Shown piece by piece: positions 18,817 through 26,600 of a DNA stretch of 64,000 nt. The stretch's first letter is position 1; each line of letters starts with the position of its first letter. The position numbers and the translations under genes are program-made. The DNA lies in the sequence record NC_061448.1. The stretch is one strand, 5' to 3'. Below the pieces are notes generated by a model that was not told where the DNA came from, made no database searches, and was given only the letters and a program-made list of their open reading frames with translations.

Positions 18817-21800
18817 TTTTTCGCAATCCCCTTAAGTGCCAGCTTGAGCATGGACTTACTGATCTTGACTTTCTTGCCAGTGGTTCCACCAGCAGCGGCA
18901 GCGGCTTTCTTCTTCGCTTCCTCTGCTTCGTATGCCTCAAACTTCTTAACGTTCTTCGGAAGTTCTTTGAGCCATTCTTCGACGTTCTTCTTGTCTTTGT
19001 TGGTGAGAGGATTGACTTTATCCATGCTGCGAATCTTAATGCCATTCGCCCACAGTTGCTTCTTCATCCAATCAGACATGAGGTGATACTGATCTTCCAT
19101 GATGGAGTCAGTTGTCTTCTCAACGTCGAGGTCAGGTTCGTTAAGCTCGTCGCGTTTAATCTCCAGACCCTTCTGGATAAGTTTACGCAGACCAACATAA
19201 GAGAAGTCCCAACCGCCAACGTCTTTTTCAGACGCACCGATTTCGAAGTCGATCTCAGGCACAGACGTGAACTCAAACCCTGGATGACGCTTCTGTACTT
19301 TCTCAACCACAGCGCTTGTCATAGCGCGTTCGATCATATCAAGCGCAAGGAAGATCCACTTGTAGTCACAGTCAACGGTTAAGGAGTCGTGTACCGATAC
19401 GTTCATATCAAAGTCAGGGTACTCGCCGTTCGCTTTCCAGTATTCATACTTCATACGATCAAGAATACGAATCGCGGACATCATCAAGTCAGAACCGAAG
19501 CCCTGTACTGGACTGTTTACTGCACGTCGGTCACACGCTGCATGAACCATGTTCGCTTCTTTGTGCGACTCAGGTAACATCAAGCCCCACAAGTGACGAC
19601 GACGACCGACAGGCGATTCGACGAAGAAGTTCTCGTGTGCAAACTTCTTAATCTTATCAAACCATTTTAAGCCTACAGGGAATCGCGTTAAGAACTTGCC
19701 TTTGATTTCGGCAATCTCTTTCACGTCACGACCGGTAGACTTCGCAAGACCTTTATCGCCCTGCTGATAAATCAAGCCGAAGATAACTGTCTTAACCGCG
19801 TTACGCACAGACTTCGTTACGTCCATTACGTTTGGAATACCGAAGAAGTATGCGGCGTTGATTTTGTGAACGTCACCTTCTGCCTCGACGCGGTGTCCTA
19901 CCCACGGATCTGGCACAGTACGATAACGATGACGCAACGTTCGACCCTGTTCGAATACGTCTGCTACGCCTTGGTCACCCGAGATGATTGACCAACCACG
20001 AACTTCGTGCGCTGAGTAGTCGACCTTGATTAACAGGCGATTCTTACGCGCAATCAGAATACGTTTGATCAACTTACCCATCTCACTACGCGACGGTACC
20101 TGTTGCAAGTTCGGGTCAGACGCAGAAGTACGTCCCGTTACAACTCCGAGGTAACCATACGTCGGTCGAATTGAACGGTCGTGCTTGAAGTCTTCTGATT
20201 CTCCCCAGAGCTTGAGCAAGCTGTTAACGTAGGCGTTCTTGAGCTTGTACGCTTTTCCGAGTTTAGTGTATAGCGCAACAAGAGGCACATCCTTATACGC
20301 CTCCTGGAAGTCCTTGTCCAGTTTGCCCGACTTCTTACCGTTCTCACGTAATTGCTCGCTCTCTTTGAGTGGCTTGAGTTTCATCACGTCGAAGAACAGA
20401 ATCTGTTTGTGTTCTGCTTTCGACATATCGAACTTGGTCACTTCGACTTTGCCCATAAGACCCATCTTAGGAACATTGTCGTCTTTGCAAATAACCTTGT
20501 TCGCAGCCTTAACTTCCGGGCTGTTCATGAACTCACGCTCTACGTTTCGAATCTCTTCGTTGATAGGGCTGTTCGGCAGATTGAGCTTAAACAGGTAGTC
20601 GATATCCGCACCGGCACCTGTTGTCTCAAGTATCGAGAACGCATGAATCTGGTCGGAGATTTGCTCACTGACCATCGACTCATACTTCTTGTACTTAATG
20701 TCGTTCGCTCGAAGCATCTGCTTCTCTGCAATGCGGAACGGCACGATAACGTCGAGGCCAGCATACTCCTGCACTGACTCGTCGAGGTCAACGTCTGCAA
20801 TCGTTGCTCGCATCTCTTTACCGAACGACACTTCATGATACACCTGACAACCGAACTGCATCGTCAGGTTCGCCAAGTTGTAATAACCGTTACCAGTTAC
20901 CATCAACAACGACTTGGCGTTTTCATCGAACGCGAACTCACCCGCCTGAATATCCCAGACGTTCGCAGCGTAACTACGAATGCCAAAGTTAGAGCGCATT
21001 ACGTTCAGGTCGAACTTCGCGTTTGTGTAGATCTGATACTTGTTCTCGTTGTCCTCGAAATAGTCTTTGAACAACTCGCGTACCTTACGCAACTCTTTCG
21101 GGCTGAACGGACTATCGCGGTGATAGATTGGAACGACATACGCTTTCTGACCGTCAGAGGATAACTGCACCGTCAAGATTTTATTCTTGATACGATTCAG
21201 GTTCTCTGTTTCGGTATCGACTGCAACCTTCTTGGCGCGCTTCATACGCTTCAAGATTTTCTCAAGTTGCTTGACCTTCGTTACATACACGAGGTCCCAG
21301 TTACGCTTCTTACCACACGTAACTTCGTCGATCTTATAACGCATCCCCTTGTTCAACCACGGCAACATCCAACGTGCCATGTAACCGAGAGTGTACGATG
21401 AACCGCTAATGTGCATCGGGTTCAACACGGTGTGATAGCTCACGTTCGGCAGATGGATGAAGCTGTGCTTCTTACCCTCATGCTTGAGCTTCGTCGGAAT
21501 CTCAACACCGTACCAGTGCTCGTAGTGATCTTTCGAGAACTGAATCTTTTCGTTGTTCAACGCTTTGAACGGCGCTTTACCAAACGTCAGAACATAGTCG
21601 GGTTTGTATTCGACAATCAGATCACGAATACGATTAGCGAACGCTTGGTCTGCGTCCTCTTTGAACTGTTCACCCTTGTCATACGTCTTGAACATATTGT
21701 ACGAGACAACAAGGAAGTTCCAATCGTCGAGCGTGGTCTTTGTAGGGAACACGTCTTCGAGATACTGCATCTGGTTCAGGAACAACTCGCCTTCTGTGCT

Positions 21801-21980
21801 GCTAAATATTTTCCCGTTACGCAAGTCATCAGTCGGCATATGATCGAGGACGAGTAGTGCTTTACCACCCTTGGCGCTTTTACTTACGCCTTTTAGTATT
21901 CGAACACCGTCGTATGTTTGCTGCTCGGCAAACTGCTCAGGTGGATCGAAGTCAAGAGCTACGTGCTTGATTTTCACCAT
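18813..21980 (-). CDS. polA: Family A DNA polymerase with N-terminal UDG-like domain and 3'-5' exonuclease
   Basis: Exonuclease motifs VAVDTET, NAKFDL, YAGLD. Polymerase motifs TGRTSASDPNLQQVP, VDYSAHEVR, RNAVKTVIFGLIY, NSPVQG, VHDSL. N-terminal EYKPDYVLTFGK...LPNVSYH resembles family-4 UDG. Confidence 0.95.
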   Translation of the reverse strand: MVKIKHVALDFDPPEQFAEQQTYDGVRILKGVSKSAKGGKALLVLDHMPTDDLRNGKIFSSTEGELFLNQMQYLEDVFPTKTTLDDWNFLVVSYNMFKTYDKGEQFKEDADQAFANRIRDLIVEYKPDYVLTFGKAPFKALNNEKIQFSKDHYEHWYGVEIPTKLKHEGKKHSFIHLPNVSYHTVLNPMHISGSSYTLGYMARWMLPWLNKGMRYKIDEVTCGKKRNWDLVYVTKVKQLEKILKRMKRAKKVAVDTETENLNRIKNKILTVQLSSDGQKAYVVPIYHRDSPFSPKELRKVRELFKDYFEDNENKYQIYTNAKFDLNVMRSNFGIRSYAANVWDIQAGEFAFDENAKSLLMVTGNGYYNLANLTMQFGCQVYHEVSFGKEMRATIADVDLDESVQEYAGLDVIVPFRIAEKQMLRANDIKYKKYESMVSEQISDQIHAFSILETTGAGADIDYLFKLNLPNSPINEEIRNVEREFMNSPEVKAANKVICKDDNVPKMGLMGKVEVTKFDMSKAEHKQILFFDVMKLKPLKESEQLRENGKKSGKLDKDFQEAYKDVPLVALYTKLGKAYKLKNAYVNSLLKLWGESEDFKHDRSIRPTYGYLGVVTGRTSASDPNLQQVPSRSEMGKLIKRILIARKNRLLIKVDYSAHEVRGWSIISGDQGVADVFEQGRTLRHRYRTVPDPWVGHRVEAEGDVHKINAAYFFGIPNVMDVTKSVRNAVKTVIFGLIYQQGDKGLAKSTGRDVKEIAEIKGKFLTRFPVGLKWFDKIKKFAHENFFVESPVGRRRHLWGLMLPESHKEANMVHAACDRRAVNSPVQGFGSDLMMSAIRILDRMKYEYWKANGEYPDFDMNVSVHDSLTVDCDYKWIFLALDMIERAMTSAVVEKVQKRHPGFEFTSVPEIDFEIGASEKDVGGWDFSYVGLRKLIQKGLEIKRDELNEPDLDVEKTTDSIMEDQYHLMSDWMKKQLWANGIKIRSMDKVNPLTNKDKKNVEEWLKELPKNVKKFEAYEAEEAKKKAAAAAGGTTGKKVKISKSMLKLALKGIAKK

Positions 21981-22019
21981 CTAGTCCTATCAGAGTGTAT
22001 AACACAAATTGATGGCTGT

Positions 22020-22028
22020 TATTTACAG
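22020..22028 (-). promoter_or_regulatory. CTGTAAATA motif upstream of the DNA polymerase gene
   Basis: Exact copy directly after a terminator, 40 nt from the start. Confidence 0.7.
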
Positions 22029-22039
22029 ATTTAGAAATG

Positions 22040-22068
22040 AAAAAAGGGCAGCCGAAGCCACCCTTTTT
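22040..22068 (-). terminator. Repeated UUCG-loop terminator, copy 2
   Basis: AAAAAGGGTGGC-TTCG-GCTGCCCTTTTTT on the minus strand. Confidence 0.8.
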
Positions 22069-22071
22069 GGA

Positions 22072-23058
22072 TTAAAGTTTACGCAGACCTTTCTTGATAG
22101 CCGCGTTGACTTGCGCTGCTGTTGGGTCTTTCGACGCAAACAGATCAATGACGTTCTTGATTGAGTCCAGCTCACCCAGATGAATCTGGACGTTCTGCAC
22201 TTTCTTCAAGTGGTCAGCAACAAACGTCATCAGCCAGCCTTTCTGCTTCATAACGACAGCGACCTCAAGGTCCTTGTACGAGAAGGAGAACTTGTTGCCA
22301 GATGCGTGGAGCACTTTACCTGCACCGGGAATAGGTTCTACTGCACGAACGAAGTCCGGTGCATACTTCGTAGCGGTCTTAGTACGCAGTACAGAGTATG
22401 CCGGGTCGAATGTTTTCTGCGGAATCTTCGACTTCATTTTAGAGCCAGGAGTTCCGCCTGTTTGTTTCTGGTCTGGGTTCTGCGTCCACGTCAGTCCTTC
22501 GTCCAGACAGTTCTGACCGGTCATCGCTTCCTGAAGGATGACACGCTTGTCCTTACCTGTTTCAACGTTCTTGTCAGCTTCTGCTTCGGTCTTGAACGGA
22601 CCTTTGATGATAATGTCGTTCGCATGACGAGTGTGGTCAATGACGTACCACTTGTTGCGTTCGATCTTACCGTTCGCGTCCATGGTGCTGGCACGTACTG
22701 GACGAGTCGTCTTAGCAGGAGCGTTCTGCTGGATAGCGACAGGCTTGATCTTGATTGCACGAAGACCATTGATGGTAGCCACCAGCGTCTTCGCTTTGTA
22801 CAGGTTCTTCACGGCGGTAACGAGATTCTTACCGGCAGCTTTCTTCGCAAATGCAGTAGTCGCATCTGCATCGTTCAGCAGGTCGAGAACAGCAGACAGC
22901 TTTGCAGTGTCCAGCTCTTTGATTTTCACCAGCTCGTCAATCTTCTTGATCAGAACTTTAGCGTTCTTACCGAAAAGGATTTCAGCGTTGGCTACTTGCT
23001 TCTTGTTGGCAGCGGAGACTGATACCACCGTGCCTGACGGGAGAGTCATTTCGTACAT
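22072..23058 (-). CDS. Lys/Ala-rich hypothetical protein with N-terminal VVSVSAA motif (candidate internal head protein)
   Basis: AAGGA SD, strongly biased codons, own terminator. Confidence 0.6.
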   Translation of the reverse strand: MYEMTLPSGTVVSVSAANKKQVANAEILFGKNAKVLIKKIDELVKIKELDTAKLSAVLDLLNDADATTAFAKKAAGKNLVTAVKNLYKAKTLVATINGLRAIKIKPVAIQQNAPAKTTRPVRASTMDANGKIERNKWYVIDHTRHANDIIIKGPFKTEAEADKNVETGKDKRVILQEAMTGQNCLDEGLTWTQNPDQKQTGGTPGSKMKSKIPQKTFDPAYSVLRTKTATKYAPDFVRAVEPIPGAGKVLHASGNKFSFSYKDLEVAVVMKQKGWLMTFVADHLKKVQNVQIHLGELDSIKNVIDLFASKDPTAAQVNAAIKKGLRKL

Positions 23059-23067
23059 TGCTGTTCC

Positions 23068-23619
23068 TTATCGTTTCTTGGTCCAGTTGTTTTGTTTCAC
23101 TGGCGCAGGTGAAGTGTTTTCTTCGTTGATTTCTTCCTCGTCGTCTTCTTCGAGGTCTTCTTCAACTTCCTGTTCAGGCTCTGGTTCAGCTTCTTTCACA
23201 GGTGCAGGGACGATCACAGACGCAGCCAGTGGCGATTGAGACACAGTATTTACAGTAGCGACAGGCTCTGCTTCTGCGGCCTTACGCGCTTCTGCTACTT
23301 CACCTACAGCGTGTGCGTGAATCACATCAACAGTCAGCAGCGCACCCTTCTCTTTCAGGATTGCATCTGCTTTCTCTTGATCCCACTGGTCCCAGATAAT
23401 GTCCAGAGTCTTATAGCCCCAGTTCATGCCCTTAGGCAGTTTACCGCGACCGTTGAAAGGCAGACCGTTCGAAGGGGTAGCTGGCTCGAACTCGTCCATC
23501 ATTTCCCACTTACGTTTTGCCTCGATACACTTCGGGCCCCACACGCCATCGCAAGCTCCGTCGTACAGACCGAGCATAGTCATGATGACTTGCAGCTTCT
23601 GGTAGAATTTATTCAGCAT
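23068..23619 (-). CDS. Peptidoglycan-binding (PG_binding_1-like) protein with acidic C-terminal tail
   Basis: LQVIMTMLGLYDGACDGVWGPKCIEA matches the PG_binding_1 pattern; E/D-rich tail. Confidence 0.6.
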   Translation of the reverse strand: MLNKFYQKLQVIMTMLGLYDGACDGVWGPKCIEAKRKWEMMDEFEPATPSNGLPFNGRGKLPKGMNWGYKTLDIIWDQWDQEKADAILKEKGALLTVDVIHAHAVGEVAEARKAAEAEPVATVNTVSQSPLAASVIVPAPVKEAEPEPEQEVEEDLEEDDEEEINEENTSPAPVKQNNWTKKR

Positions 23620-23634
23620 GGTGAATCCTCTAAC

Positions 23635-23662
23635 AAAGGAGGGGCCGAAGCCCCTTACCTTT
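23635..23662 (-). terminator. Probable terminator after the SNF2 gene
   Basis: AGGGGC-TTCG-GCCCCT hairpin followed by CCTTTGTT. Confidence 0.6.
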
Positions 23663-26600
23663 TAGACTGATTTGTTTTTCGACGCGGTCAGTTTCAACTT
23701 GTCGATGCCTTGAATCGCTTTCTTGATGTTCGTGATGGTGTAGCCAGCTTTCACAATCTTGTTGATTCGAGCTTTCGCACCAGCAGCGTTTTTCACGAAG
23801 CCGATCCACATACCCGGTGACAGGTCGAACGTACCGAACTTACGAGTGTTAGGCACTTTCGTTCCGACGAAGCGTTTCATCTGCGGGTTCGTTTTCAGGT
23901 CGAACATGATACGCAGACGATCTTCCATCACCATTGGATATGCCTTGACGTGTTTCTTGTCAGTGGCAGACTTGTGACGCACAAGGAAGAACTGCTGCAA
24001 CTGCGACTGCAACTTGACGGCCAGTTTGTAGTTGAAGCCCATTCGAGAATGCGTTTCGTCGAAGCTATCCTGAATGAACTCCAGACGCTTCTCGGACATG
24101 CGGTCGAATGACAGTTTCTTACCTTCGATGAAGTCGAGCATTGCAACGAAGTCATCGTAGTACGCACAGTCGTAATAGACGTAATCACCAAACTCGGTGA
24201 AGTCGAAACCTTTCAGAGCTTTCGCATCAGGGTCAGTCGCGTCAGCATACAGAGCAACGAATCCGTTGTACACTGTAGGCGTCAGCTCCAGAGCCATGTC
24301 TGCGCCGCCCATATCGTCGAGAGGCACGATGGTTCCCGGCTTAGCACGACGAGTAGTGTTGTCCAACACTTTCAGTTCAGACGGCTTACGGCGACGAACT
24401 TTCTTGGCAGCTTCTTCAACACCTTCGTTGATAGGCTTACCTTCTTCCTTGTTCGCAACACGCTTGGCAACGCGAGCAGCTTTACGCGCTTGCGCTTCCA
24501 CCTTCTTCTCTGTCTCTTTCGTGTCGGCAGTCTGCGTTTCGTCGAGAACGGTGTCTTCAACTTCAACACGGTTCGCTTCGGCAGTAGCACGTTTGCGGTC
24601 TTTCTCATTCGCCCACGGCTTACGCTGTTCGAAGAAACGTTTCAGATCGTTCTTGTCTACCTTAGTAGCAATGTGAACTTTCGTCGCAGGAACTGCAACG
24701 GTCTCACCAGTGCCAGCCAGACGAATACGAACGGTACTGATAGGGCTATCGCCACGCAGCTTACCATCAACCATACGCACAGTCACAGACACGACAACAC
24801 CGTTACCGAACTCAGTCACGACAGGTGCACGATTCAGAGAATCTTTCAGCCCTTCGCCGCTTGTGAAGTTACGGTTACGTGCCCAGTCCAGAATACGCTC
24901 AGTGCCCCAGCCATTACGATCAGGGATCTTCTGGTTGGCAACGAGAGGCGTCTGCTCCATAACACGGAAGTCATTCAGAGCCGGAGTTGACGGCAGCGCT
25001 TGCATTGCTGCAATCGTTGTCTTACGCATCTCTTGGAACTCTTGTGACTCGATTTCGTTCAGGTCGCGCTTCGCATGGAAGTACGGCAGGAAGTCATCCA
25101 TCGTGTTGTTATCGATCAGCAGCTTCGCGCTCATTTTGATCGGGTCCAGTTTGTACTGGTCGAGTGCTTCGTAGCGCTGGTTGCCTTTCTCGTCGAAGCG
25201 AGTCTTCTCAAGGGTCTTCCACATCAGACGAGCGACCTTACCAACTTCCAAGGTCTTGTTCGTCATAACCCAGTCGATGAACACAACTTCACGAGCCATG
25301 TCGCCCGGCTTACCGTTCTCGTCCAACTTCGCAGCAGCAACGTCAGGACGGAAGATACGCGCAGTAGACTGATCGTAAGTACCCGGTGACCACGGAGTAT
25401 CGCAGCGGATGATACGGCTACCCATCTGCATGTTGTGGCCTTCGGAGATTGCCTGTTCGTTCGCAATCAGAATCTGAACGTTGTTGTCAGTTTTGAATGC
25501 GTCGAGGTTAGCGTCTTTGTTCTGGCCGAGCTTACCAACTTCACCGTGATACACCACAGCAACTTTCTTATAGTTAGCTGGCAGTGCATTATAGATGGCG
25601 TTAGCAGCACGAACATAACGTGTGAAGACAATCAGTTTACCCTGCACTTCCGGCTTCCAGTATTCTGGATCATCAGGCGGCGGAGTCATCGAAGGCGGCA
25701 GGTCTTGACGTTGGAACTCGTCGGACTGCTTACGCGCCAGATACTTCTGTCCGTTGTAGACAGCGATATCCAGTTCACGAGGCTGCACACCCGGTTTCCA
25801 TTCGAAGATCTGTTGCTCTTTGATCATCGGGTCACGCTCAGGCTGCACTTCGAAGTGCTTCTTGATGCGGTCGATGATGGTCAGTACCTTAGCAGAAACG
25901 AAGTTGGTAACACCAGCAGCTTCAAACGTCATACGTGCAACGTCATCGCCCATTGGGTCAGTCAGCATCATCTCCATACGCTGGAAGTACATGTTCAGGT
26001 CAGCGTTACCCGCCAGCAGTGCGCCGAGGTCATCGCCTTCTTCGATTTCGTCTTCGTCAATGTCAGACGTGCTATCGCTTTCAGCACCACCAGCATCTTC
26101 GTCGTCGTCATCGTTAGAGCCGCCAGATTTCTTCTTGGCGTTCTTAGCCGCTTCGTCCAACTTCTCCAGCACTTCTGCGTACATTGCGTTGTACACTTCT
26201 TGGTGCAGAGCAGAGTTAGGAACTGACGGGTCATCGATCTCAACCTGAATGAAGGTATCAATCGGGTTAGGCAGCATGAATGCCCAGTGCTTACGCTTGA
26301 ACGAGATGAACGCTGTATGGTTTGCCATACGTGAGTGCGCACGACGAATCATTTCAATGTCGTCTTTCGCGCCGTCATATGCAACGTCCAGTGAGTCACC
26401 GAACATAGCAGGCGTCATCAGTGCAGCCTGACCAACAATGTCACGCACACGGTCAGTTACCAGCGTACCAGTAGCGATACGAGCATAGCGAACAGACGGA
26501 GCAGTGAAGACCGCTTTGGTGTTGAAGTGAACCTGAGAACCAGATTGACCACCAGAGAAGTTTTTCACTTTGTGCGATTCATCGAGCAGCACATAGCTGA

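Noticed and set aside
22180-23239. 280-aa and 202-aa plus-strand ORFs
   Set aside because: Antisense to a strongly biased Lys/Ala-rich gene; no independent signals.
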